From Nemertoderma westbladi (taxonomy: Eukaryota > Animalia > Xenacoelomorpha), in assembly GCA_032718475.1 (NCBI GenBank), contig JAUCBJ010003721.1, positions 62,001-126,000 on the forward strand: a stretch of 64,000 nucleotides of DNA, in the 5' to 3' direction. The notes beneath the pieces were generated by a model that worked only from the letters and a program-made list of their open reading frames with translations, was not told the DNA's origin and made no database searches. The position numbers were made by a program, and so were the translations under genes. This document shows, in pieces, positions 53,388 through 64,000 of the stretch. Position 1 is the stretch's first letter, and every line of letters begins with the position of its first letter.

Positions 53388-55809
53388 GACGTACACTTCC
53401 ATAATTACAATAGGTTTGAGGCTTCTACTACTACTGTACTACTAATGTACCGTCGTACACTTCCATAATTACAATAGGTTTGAGGCTTCTACTACTACTG
53501 TACTACTAATGTACCGACGTACACTTCCATAATTACAATAGGTTTGAGGCTTCTACTACTACTGTACTACTAATGTACCGTCGTACACTTCCATAATTAC
53601 AATAGGTTTGAGGCTTCTACTACTACTACTACTGTACTACTAATGTACCGACGTACACTTCCATAATTACAGTAGGTTGGAGGCTTCTACTACTACTGTA
53701 CTACTAATGTACCGACGTACACTTCCATAATTACAATAGGTTTGAGGCTTCTACTACTACTGTACTACTAATGAACCGACGTACACTTCCATAATTACAG
53801 TAGGTTTGAGGCTTCTACTACTACTGTACTACTAATGTACCGTCGTACACTTCCATAATTACAGTAGGTTTGAGGCTTCAACTACTACTACTACTGTACT
53901 ACTAATGTACCGTCGTACACTTCCATAATTACAATAGGTTTGAGGCTTCTACTACTACTGTACTACTAATGTACCGTCGTACACTTCCATAATTACAATA
54001 GGTTTGAGGCTTCTACTACTACTGTACTACTAATGTACCGTCGTACACTTCCATAATTACAGTAGGTTTGAGGCTTCTACTACTACTGTACTACTAATGT
54101 ACCGACGTACACTTCCATAATTACAGTAGGTTTGAGGCTTCAACTACTACTACTACTGTACTACTAATGTACCGTCGTACACTTCCATAATTACAGTAGG
54201 TTTGAGGCTTCAACTACTACTGTACTACTAATGTACCGACGTACACTTCCATAATTACAATAGGTTTGAGGCTTCTACTACTACTGTACTACTAATGTAC
54301 CGACGTACACTTCCATAATTACAGTAGGTTTGAGGCTTCTACTACTACTGTACTACTAATGTACCGTCGTACACTTCCATAATTACAATAGGTTTGAGGC
54401 TTCAACTACTACTGTACTACTAATGTACCGACGTACACTTCCATAATTACAATAGGTTTGAGGCTTCTACTACTACTGTACTACTAATGTACCGACGTAC
54501 ACTTCCATAATTACAGTAGGTTTGAGGCTTCTACTACTACTGTACTACTAATGTACCGACGTACACTTCCATAATTACAGTAGGTTTGAGGCTTCAACTA
54601 CTACTGTACTACTAATGTACCGACGTACACTTCCATAATTACAATAGGTTTGAGGGTTCTACTACTACTGTACTACTAATGTACCGACGTACATTTCCAT
54701 AATTACAGTAGGTTTGAGGGTTCTACTACTACTACTACTGTACTACTAATGTACCGACGTACACTTCCATAATTACAGTAGGTTTGAGGCTTCTACTACT
54801 ACTGTACTACTAATGTACCGACGTACACTTCCATAATTACAGTAGGTTTGAGGCTTCAACTACTACTACTACTGTACTACTAATGTACCGACGTACACTT
54901 CCATAATTACAATAGGTTTGAGGCTTCTACTACTACTGTACTACTAATGAACCGACGTACACTTCCATAATTACAGTAGGTTTGAGGCTTCTACTACTAC
55001 TGTACTACTAATGTACCGTCGTACACTTCCATAATTACAGTAGGTTTGAGGCTTCAACTACTACTACTACTGTACTACTAATGTACCGACGTACACTTCC
55101 ATAATTACAGTAGGTTTGAGGCTTCTACTACTACTGTACTACTAATGTACCGTCGTACACTTCCATAATTACAGTAGGTTTGAGGCTTCTACTACTACTG
55201 TACTACTAATGTACCGTCGTACACTTCCATAATTACAGTAGGTTTGAGGCTTCTACTACTACTGTACTACTAATGTACCGTCGTACACTTCCATAATTAC
55301 AGTAGGTTTGAGGCTTCTACTACTACTGTACTACTAATGTACCGTCGTACACTTCCATAATTACAGTAGGTTTGAGGCTTCAACTACTACTGTACTACTA
55401 ATGTACCGACGTACACTTCCATAATTACAGTAGGTTTGAGGCTTCTACTACTACTGTACTACTAATGTACCGACGTACACTTCCATAATTACAGTAGGTT
55501 TGAGGGTTCTACTACTACTGTACTACTAATGTACCGACGTACACTTCCATAATTACAGTAGGTTTGAGGGTTCTACTACTACTGTACTACTAATGTACCG
55601 ACGTACACTTCCATAATTACAGTAGGTTTGAGGCTTCAACTACTACTACTACTGTACTACTAATGTACCGACGTACACTTCCATAATTACAGTAGGTTTG
55701 AGGCTTCAACTACTACTACTACTGTACTACTAATGTACCGTCGTACACTTCCATAATTACAGTAGGTTTGAGGCTTCAACTACTACTACTACTGTACTAC
55801 TAATGTACC
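53388..55809. repeat. 64-bp (64/67/70) tandem repeat, about 37 copies
   Basis: Unit GTACACTTCCATAATTACA(A/G)TAGGTTTGAGGCTTC(T/A)ACTACTACTGTACTACTAATGTACCG(A/T)C with an internal (CTA)n length polymorphism. Confidence 0.98.
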
Positions 55810-56360
55810 CAGTTATGTTCAACTATTTTTTGGGTGACTAACTAAATAAATAGTTAAACTAAATCGAAAAACTGTTTAACTAATAGTTAACTAAAATGTT
55901 AAGTAAATTTCATTACATAAAAAGAAAAGATAATATTAATATAATGTAATATAATATCAAATTCATTATCAAATTTATTAATATTAAATTCCCCGAATTA
56001 ATCGAAATAAAAATTTCCAAGAAAAAATAAGATTTAAAATATTTAGTCACTGTGACGCTTAGACGTTCTGTAACTTAATTTTAGGGAAATTTAATTACAA
56101 CAGAATCAACAATCAAAGTTCCTGCCTCATCTATCATACAATTTAATTAAAACTTTATTTGACACTTCAACTAAATTATTTCAAAAACCGCTCTATAACT
56201 AACTAAATTTTGGTGCAACTAAACTCCAACTAACTAAATAAGCTCAAATACCAGTTTAACTAGTTGATATTTTAACTAATAGAACATCACACTGTACCAC
56301 TACGACTACACACAATGATACTATAATAAAAAAAGGCATACAAATTAATTAAACAGTAGA

Positions 56361-57290
56361 CAGTTGGGGAGAAGTCATATTTTCAACTGAGTTGGAATTT
56401 CAACTTTTTTAAAATTCAACTTTTGTCATTTAATCCGATTCAGGGCCATTATACTGTTATATAATATTATAACGTACAGCGGTAATTTAATATGTCTAAT
56501 AAATAGTATTTCAGCTAATTTCCAAAAGCACCAGTACCGGCGTAACGTATAATTTAATTTTCACACCCGGTTAAAATTCCCTACAGTAGTGTACTCTCAC
56601 TACCGGTGTATCAGCACGTAAATTACATACCGTAATAAATAGATAGATACACTGTAGAACCCTTCGATCAACACGTGAGTAATATGTAGTAAATATAGAC
56701 ACTGTTGGGCCTTTCGCGGCGCAGGCGCACTAGTGTCACATGAAATAAATATAAAGAGTTGGGCCCTTCGCGCAGCATGTTTGTTAGACGTGGGTGTCTG
56801 AGTGTTTTTCTCGCCGAAGTGATACTATGTTTCAACACACAAAGCAATCGATCTCACAATCATCGATAGAAAGCCCTGACTAAGATAGCACACTATAAAG
56901 TACCGGTAACTGTAGGCTTATATCAGTATATCGTACATATATCTTGCAAAAGGGAATTTTAACCGTGGGGGGGGGGGGGGGGGGGGGGGGGTGGAAATTA
57001 TCTGCTACACCGATAAAAATATCCTAATAAAAAAATATAAAAATAAAAATATAGTGATCTGATATACATAAAACATTTATTCCACCGGTAAATGTGAAAT
57101 GAGGGTTAACTGGTTAATTTTTGAGTTACATCCATAAAAACACCCCTTCTGTCACGACTCGGAGGCTGGCATCTAACCCCATAACCCTCCTGCTATTTTC
57201 TGATTTTAGAGGGAATTTAAAACTTAAAAGCTGAATATTAAAAAAGGTTTTAAATCTCAACGCAGTTGAAATTTGAACTTCTCTCCAACT
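56361..57290. mobile_element. MITE with CAGTTGG(G/A)GAGAAGT TIRs
   Basis: Inverted ends CAGTTGGGGAGAAGTCATATTTTCAACTG / CAGTTGAAATTTGAACTTCTCTCCAACTG; TSD not evident. Confidence 0.6.
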
Positions 57291-57493
57291 GCTGGACTTT
57301 AGGTAGACTACCGCTACTGCGCTACCATATTGGATCAGGATGTTCCGGGTTGATCTGATTATAAGGGGAGGGACAGGGGACTGTAGTGAAGTGAAATGCT
57401 GGAATATAATAGGCCTACTATACAGCTATACATAGCATCTTTCGGCACAGGCATGGTGCACACTGCAGCACTGCCAGACTGAATATTCAGATA

Positions 57494-57913
57494 TTATTTA
57501 GTCCAACTGACTTTCTGTATATCGTAATGTTCTGTTAAGGAATCCAGATGTTTATTAAACCGATCCACTCTATCTTTATGAGTATTCGCTGCTTTCTTTA
57601 GGACCCTGTCCCACTGTTTCTTCTCCTGTACCTTACAGAACGCTATCTCAGCTTTTGTTCTGGTATCTACTGGGGCTTGAGTCCTGTCAGGGTGGTCCGT
57701 CGTGACCTTGTCGGCCTGGCCCGTAACTACATTATCAGTATTCCCGGGAACTTCAGTAGCTTGCTCTCTACGAACTGTAATCCGCTCCAACAGTTTCTCC
57801 TTTCGTTTTGTTTTCTTTTTAACACCGCTGTCTTTCTTTAGTTTCAAGGAACCCTTTCCAACAGCTGCATAAATATTGGATGATGAAGACATGTTAGCTA
57901 ATCCTGTAATCAT
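57494..57913 (-). CDS. FAM32A: FAM32A-like nuclear protein, intronless (start may be the second ATG at 57892)
   Basis: Y....KGSLKLK..GVKKK N-terminus; RTKAEIAF.KVQEK...KKA..THKDRV..FN.HLDSLTEHYDIQKVSWTK* is the FAM32A C-terminal signature. Confidence 0.93.
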   Translation of the reverse strand: MITGLANMSSSSNIYAAVGKGSLKLKKDSGVKKKTKRKEKLLERITVRREQATEVPGNTDNVVTGQADKVTTDHPDRTQAPVDTRTKAEIAFCKVQEKKQWDRVLKKAANTHKDRVDRFNKHLDSLTEHYDIQKVSWTK

Positions 57914-58199
57914 ATGACAGGATAGAATACACGAATATAGATGATACCGATACCGGTACCAGAAAGCAAAGACAAAAGGACAGAACAGCAGAAGGGGTAA
58001 ATTTTTTCGACCTACGCGTATTTACGCGTAGCTACGCGTATACATTGGGTCATATATCACCAGTTTCAGAGTCTTAGCAATAACTACGCGTAGGTGCTTC
58101 GCCCGTGCTGCGCAAACTACGCGTAAGTGCTACGAATACGTGTAGGTGCTACCCATAATCATGCGTACTGTAGGCCTATACGTTTATAAATTTTACAAG

Positions 58200-59095
58200 T
58201 TCCAATTAAAGCTAGCAAAACTAGCTGTACATCATATAGCCCCCCGTCAGATACCTTATTAATATCTCAATTGACCATGGCTTTTTGTCCTAGCCTCTAA
58301 AACATTCTAAAATAACCCCAGTTTACAAAAGTAGCGATCCCTTTGATGTGAACAATTACAGACCAATAGCGATACTACCCATGTTTATAGCAAAATATTT
58401 GAACGCTTAATTAATACTCAATTACTATCGTACTACTAACTGCTAACGTACTACTAACTGAATGTCAACACGGTTTTCGAAAAAAAAACCGGAAAACTAC
58501 TGATGCAGTTTTGATTACCACCGAAAAAATCCAGATAGGGGGGGGGGGGGGGGGGGGGAAACTGGATGCAATCAAAATTATTCCCTCTACGCTCTACAGG
58601 GGAAATTTGACGCAAATATCAGATGATTACTCTCAAAAATAAAACTGTAGGCCTAACCTGTTCTATTGTGTTTAGTTTAATGTTTTGGTTAAAATAACGT
58701 GCCACTGTAACCTGCTCCTTCCTCTAAATTGAGAATTTAACATTGAGGCGGGATATTAATTCGCCAAGGCGGGTTTTGCGTCCAGTTTTCCCCCCTGTTT
58801 CAAATAATCAGACAATGCCTAGATTCAAACAATTCAGCTTTCACTTGACATAAAAAAAGCATTCGACACCCTAAACCATAAAATCTTATCAAAAAGGCTT
58901 GAATCTTACGGAATAAGCAACTCCACTGAAACTACTCTCAGACTACTTAAGTAATCGTCCCCAAGTTGTCACCATAAGTAACGTTCTCTCAGACGCACTA
59001 ATCCTTCTCTGCGGTATACCTCAAGGTTCAAATATCTCGCCAACTTTGTTCCTTTATACTGTATTAATGACCTGCCCAGCTCATTTACACCACTA
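58200..59095 (+). mobile_element. CR1/L2-group LINE reverse transcriptase fragment, degenerate and interrupted at ~58535-58800
   Basis: ITPVYKS...NNYRPIAILP, SKIFER, QHGFRK, LDIKKAFDTLNH, GIPQGS motifs. Confidence 0.85.
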
Positions 59096-59099
59096 GTTT

Positions 59100-59546
59100 A
59101 CAAACAATTTAAAGATAAATATCTCCATGGTTGTATACTACAAGGTTATCCAAAAGCAACCATTAATTTACTTTCTAATAGGAAACCATTAAATAAACGG
59201 CATAATGATTTTTCACCCCTTAATACTATTTACCGGTATTAAGTACCGGTAATTTTAGTTATTATAGTTGTTATAGTTATAATTATAGTTATAATTAATT
59301 AATTAAAATTATAATAAAAAATTAATTAAAATTACTTAATTAATGCCTTTAGCTTTCAAACAAGTTATCCGTAAGACATTTTGTAGAATTTTCTTCCGTT
59401 TTAAAGATCCGCTTAATATTTTATTTTCAACTAAATCAACCCCAAATATAGGTAACATGTTGTGTGATAAGAATACTATTCCAATCACCTTACCGCAAGG
59501 CAACTCAGCTTGCACTACGAGAGGGTGCCTTACGTGTAGTATATGA
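59100..59546 (+). mobile_element. Probable Penelope-like element fragment (RT end to GIY-YIG linker)
   Basis: QGYP motif, then PNIGNML...G...C...C.TC, resembling the Cys linker that precedes the PLE endonuclease. Confidence 0.5.
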
Positions 59547-59803
59547 TCGATCGGGAGTTGATTCAACACCATGGGGAGACCCAATCCTTGGACACTTTAA
59601 CTGTAGGCCTAGATCTAATAGATTAATATATTTCGCTTGGTGCAATATAATACATAAGCGAAAAATACCGGGTTCGAGCCCCGACAGGGTCGGTTGATAT
59701 TTTTCGCTATCACAGCATCATCCAGCATTATCATATTGTCCTATCTACATTATATATTTAATTCACCGTCACTCACCCCACAACAATTCATTTATTATTA
59801 TTA

Positions 59804-59937
59804 CAAAATGCTGTGCCGGCTTGTCAACAAAATTGCACCGCCACAACTCCCTATCATATCATCCCTATCATTTTGTTGACAAGCCGGCACAGCATTCTTA
59901 AAAATGCAGCTGCAATGCAGCATGCCGATCCTAGTAG
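59804..59937 (+). mobile_element. Tiny RTE 3'-end insertion with an inverted 5' segment
   Basis: Matches 44495-44588 in both orientations; candidate 11-bp TSD TATTATTATTA at 59793-59803 and 59938-59948. Confidence 0.8.
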
Positions 59938-60240
59938 TATTATTATTAATTCAGACAGAAAAGACGAGGCCAAATTTGAATACTGACACCAGTAATGAAG
60001 CCACGGACAAAGAAAACACATATAGGAAATAATTTTAGACAGCTAGTATGTTTTCTATTGTTTTGGAGACATACTGACGGACAGACCGACAGTAAAACGG
60101 ACAGACAGCCATAACTCGAGAAGTAAGACAAATCTTGCTAAACGGTTTTCATGTTTGGAATCTTGATAAAAATGTGCTCTAGTTGAAATAGAAAAAAAAA
60201 TTGACCCCCCCCCCTCCTGAAATGGAAAATTCTAAAATAA

Positions 60241-60834
60241 CTACATTTTCATTGTTTTTTGCTCAATTATAGTTGAATAGCGCTCATTTTCCACTGGCAA
60301 CGTAACCCCAGTAATAAAGTCCGCCGCTCCACTAGCTAGGAAAGCAATAACCCTAGCGACCTCTAGCGGCCGACCTGCTCTCCCCAATGGATGCGTCGAC
60401 TTAGTCCGTTCCAGGAAGGCAGCGACCGCTGACTCATCCAACCCCGCTCGTCTGTATATCTCAGTTACTATGACACCCGGATTGACCGCGTTGACACGCA
60501 CCCCCTTTGGCGCCAACTCCAGGGCGGAGGACCGCGTGAGATGGTCCACTGCGGCTTTACTCATGTTATAGGAGATGACGCCGGAGAATGAGCGGATTCC
60601 GTTGACACTCGATACATTCACGATGCAACCGCGGGAGCTCACGAGATGCGGAATAGCTAACTGACTCAAACGGAAAGTCGACTTAACGTTTATATCAAAT
60701 ACCTGGTTGTATTCCTCGGGGGTTGTTGATTCTAAAGAACCGTAGAGTAGGATTCCAGCTGAGTTTACCAGAATGTCCAGCCTACCAAATCGTACTACAC
60801 CGTTCTACCAATCGTGTAACTGGTGTAATATCGC
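60241..60834 (-). pseudogene. Short-chain dehydrogenase/reductase (FabG-like) fragment, truncated at both ends
   Basis: FGRLDILVNSAG, IVNVSS, YNMSK (YxxxK), GVRVNAVNPG, HPLGRAG, FITGVTLPV. In-frame TAG/frameshift near 60805, no TGxxxGxG Rossmann motif seen, and the expected terminal VDGG is replaced by unrelated sequence. Confidence 0.7.
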
Positions 60835-61229
60835 TGGAGACACTTTTTTTAAACGCTTGTAGCTAAAGATTGAAAGCAAAAATAAAAAATAAATAAAAAA
60901 AATAAAAAAAATATTTTTATAAAAATAAAAATAAAAAAAAATAAAAATTCTGGCTCACCCAGTCAGTGGTCGGGAGGTGAAACTATCTCTGTTTTAAATT
61001 TCATGCAATCTCATTACGATTTGTAGAAAAATTAGGGGGATGGAGGGGCCGTGTCACTGAATTACGACACTATATTCTGGGACATGGTGTAAATGATAAG
61101 TTAAACCAAAACTAACAAAATAAACAAATATAACAAAATAACTTCCATGTATATACAGTATAATATATTACTACTACTACTAGGCCGTGCGAACTCGAAA
61201 AAGTACATTCTCTACTCGTAATCTACTCT

Positions 61230-63070
61230 ACTCGAAACCGAGTGAACTCAGGCAGTGGAAATGAGATCATTCCAGGCTTCCCGATCCTCCATAGTTGTCG
61301 CAATTTCGTTTCTCCCAAGTTCAGTATCCCTTTCAAGTTGATCTATATATGTTATGGCCGGTCGTCCACGACTACGCTTTCCATGAGTTGGTTGCCAGAA
61401 AAGTAGATCTGGTATGACTTGGTCTTTACTTCGCCAGCAGTGCCCACTGAATCTTAATCTGCATTCACGGAGGGTGGTTGATACAGGTGGTGTTCTACCA
61501 TAAAGCTCGGCGTTTGTCATGTGTTGTTTCCAGCTGATGTTTAGGGCTGCCCTTAGTAGTCTTGTGTAGCAACCATCAATTCGTTGTTGAAGTGATTTAG
61601 TCAGTGTCCAGGTCTCACCCCCGTATAAAAATACACTTTCCACTGTGGCTCGAAAGAACTTAGTCTTCAGGTTCCTGGAGAGATCTGATTTCCAGATGGT
61701 ATCCAAGCCTTTGCTTTCCTAACCTCTATGTTATTTTTGCTACTTTCTATCCATGATCCAAGGTACTGGAAGTCGTCGAACTTCCTTAGTTGATTATTAT
61801 CAATGGTTGTCAAGTCTCAATCAACATTAAAGGTCATGAATTCGGTCTTTGGTAGCATTTATATGTAATCCAACCTCCTTAGCAGCTCTCTCCACTTTAT
61901 TTAGTAGAAGCTGTGCATCTGCTAGCGTATTAGATAGAGAGCAGGGTGATGTCATCCGCAAAGTCGGTGTCTGTGACTGTAGTTGCCGGATATCATTACT
62001 TATGCGTTCTTGAAGTGTGAATCCCAGATCTTCACCCTCTGTGGCCGTCCTCATTGCGTAATCCAGCGCAATTACAAATAGTAATGGTAGTAATAGTAAT
62101 GTGTCACCTTGCAGTACGCCAGCCAGGATTGAGAAAAACTCAGTTTCACTATCTGGTGAGAGTACCCGTGCTTCTGCGTCACAATAGAACAATCCAATGC
62201 CAGCAACAATTACTTCTGCTATTCCATAAGCTCTTAGGATTTCAAGCATTTTACCTCTATGGATGGAGTTGAATGCCTTCTTGAAGTCCACAAAAGTCAT
62301 GACTGCGGGGAGATTCTTTGACTTAATTCCATCAATCAGTCTCCGCAGTGAAAGTATCTGAGCTATAATCCAAGCAAGTTGCTGAAGTGATATTTCCACT
62401 TCTCAACACATTCTCTTTTAGGACTATCGGCTTTGAGGCGCCCCTTTGCAGAACTTTTCCGACCAGATACCTCATTTACAGTTAAGGACCAGGTAAGTGC
62501 CAGGTAAGTCTTGATTGTTGCTGTATGTGAGCAGTTGTAATTGCTTCCATTTTATCCTGTATGTACTTTTCCTGGCTGATGTTGTAGGCCAATTTAAGAT
62601 CGTCCTTAGCTTTCTCAACCTTGTTAATGTTAATGTTTTCGGTTGTTGGTTGGTCGGTTTTTACTTTGTATGCTATCTTAAGATCTTCTCTCTTACAAGT
62701 AACCTCAGAGTTTTGCCATGGCACATACTGTTTTCGTTTGGGTTTCTGGGGGATTATGCCTTTTAGCTGATTCCTTGTGGGCTGTTATTGTTATTATATT
62801 CTGGTATATTGAATCGGTGGACGTATACTATTTGTTTAACCAGGCGCCCTCCTGGATTTTACTCCTATCAGGGCTGGCCTTCATCCATTGACTGAAGTGC
62901 TTCAAAGCTGTTTTGAACTTCTACTGTGTAAGCATCCTTTACTGCATTGTCAGTTCTGAGTTTCTCAAAGTCATAGTTGATTTGCTTACTTGTCCTGGGT
63001 TTGCTGGCTCTAAAACTGAGCTGTATGCCTCGCAGTTGATCATGGTGTTTCTCCACTTTTTGTTTATACA
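61230..63070 (-). mobile_element. RTE-clade LINE (second family), degenerate; small fragment also at 4377-4458
   Basis: FVDFKKAFNSIHR, GVLQGDTL, TDFADD, FRATVESVFLYGGETWTL, RLRFSGHCWR..LLFWQPTHGKRSRGRP. Confidence 0.93.
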
Positions 63071-63444
63071 GTAATATATTATTCTGCAAGTAAGGGTTTC
63101 TTACAAGTCCATGCTATTAATAGCATAGCTAGTGTTGTATGAGACTGGAAAGAAAGAGGGGAAATATGAAACAATTGACACGAAAAGTTATCTACAAACA
63201 GCAGTACAAAAATTTACATAAACAAACAAAAAACATAAGTCGGCAACCATTATGGAATCGAGTTGTGAAAATGCAGTATGAAAATTTAAGACGTCAGGAA
63301 AAAAAGAAGATAAAGAAAAAAGTTATAGATGGTGGGGAATCCGAATGTATTAATGAAAGGATGTGCGCTGAGTGAGAATGAGTTGAGACCGAACAGAAAC
63401 CAGTTAGAGCCCGAATTATTTTAAAAATTTAATTAAGCTTTAAA

Positions 63445-63595
63445 ATATTTTTTTTTCAATTTTTTTCAAGAAAGTTCGCTTCATTTTATTGTCACGAAGA
63501 TTGCTTGAGATGGAATTCCAGATCTTAGGACCTTGAAAAGAGAGCGAGTGACGCGCAACCTCGAGTAGTTCACGATATGAGTTTACATAAATTCC
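63445..63595 (-). mobile_element. CR1/L2-group LINE 3' fragment
   Basis: HSLSFQGPKIWNSI...RTFLKKL C-terminal motif. Confidence 0.65.
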
Positions 63596-63714
63596 CGTGC
63601 GAACATTTCGACGTCATCTACAAGGTGGAATCTTTTGTTTCTACTGGTCCCAAGAAACGATCCAGTTCAGATGAACCAACCAATAGTCTGGGATGAAGTT
63701 CTTTTGGGAAATTG

Positions 63715-64000
63715 CCTGGACTTAATGAGACACGGACGCACTCACTCTGGTGAGAAACCCTATAGCTTCCGTGTGTAGTAAATCATACGCCAGGACTGGC
63801 GATTTAACAAAGCACCAATGCACTCACTCTGGCGAGAAACCGTTCAGCTGCCGAATCTTCTTTAAATCTTTATCTGATAGCTCAGCACTAATACGCCACC
63901 AACGCACGCACACTGGAGAAAAACCGTGCAGTTGTACATAATGTAGTAAATCATTCAGCCACAGCTCCAATCTAACAACCCACCAACGTATCCACACAGG
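63715..64000 (+). pseudogene. Degenerate C2H2 zinc-finger array
   Basis: HSGEKPY, HSGEKPF and HTGEKP linkers; frameshift near 63768, lost Cys residues, in-frame TAA at 63939-63941; runs off the window end. Confidence 0.8.

Overview
AT-rich, intron-containing animal (probably invertebrate) genomic DNA dominated by repeats. Genes: (1) the first five coding exons of a PHF8/KDM7-family PHD-JmjC gene on the minus strand (ATG at 36739, continuing off the left edge). Its Fe-binding HxD motif reads H-M-A. (2) A complete 3-exon PKDCC/VLK-like secretory-pathway kinase nested antisense inside the 32.4-kb third intron of that gene. (3) An intronless FAM32A. There are also pseudogene fragments of a short-chain dehydrogenase and a C2H2 zinc-finger array. 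The same giant intron holds a 15.6-kb 22/19-bp satellite with kb-scale higher-order repeats. Its monomer is the 5' subterminal repeat/hairpin of a small Helentron/HINE-like element, and a second copy of that element with only 5 monomers sits 7.6 kb away. The rest is degenerate RTE, CR1/L2-type and Penelope-like retroelements, many MITEs (several with clear TSDs), minisatellites, and a strong excess of TAGGCCTA and TACCGGTA motifs. Paralog comparisons within the window show these motifs are insertions at TA sites, probably transposon excision footprints. All calls were made by eye, without database searches.
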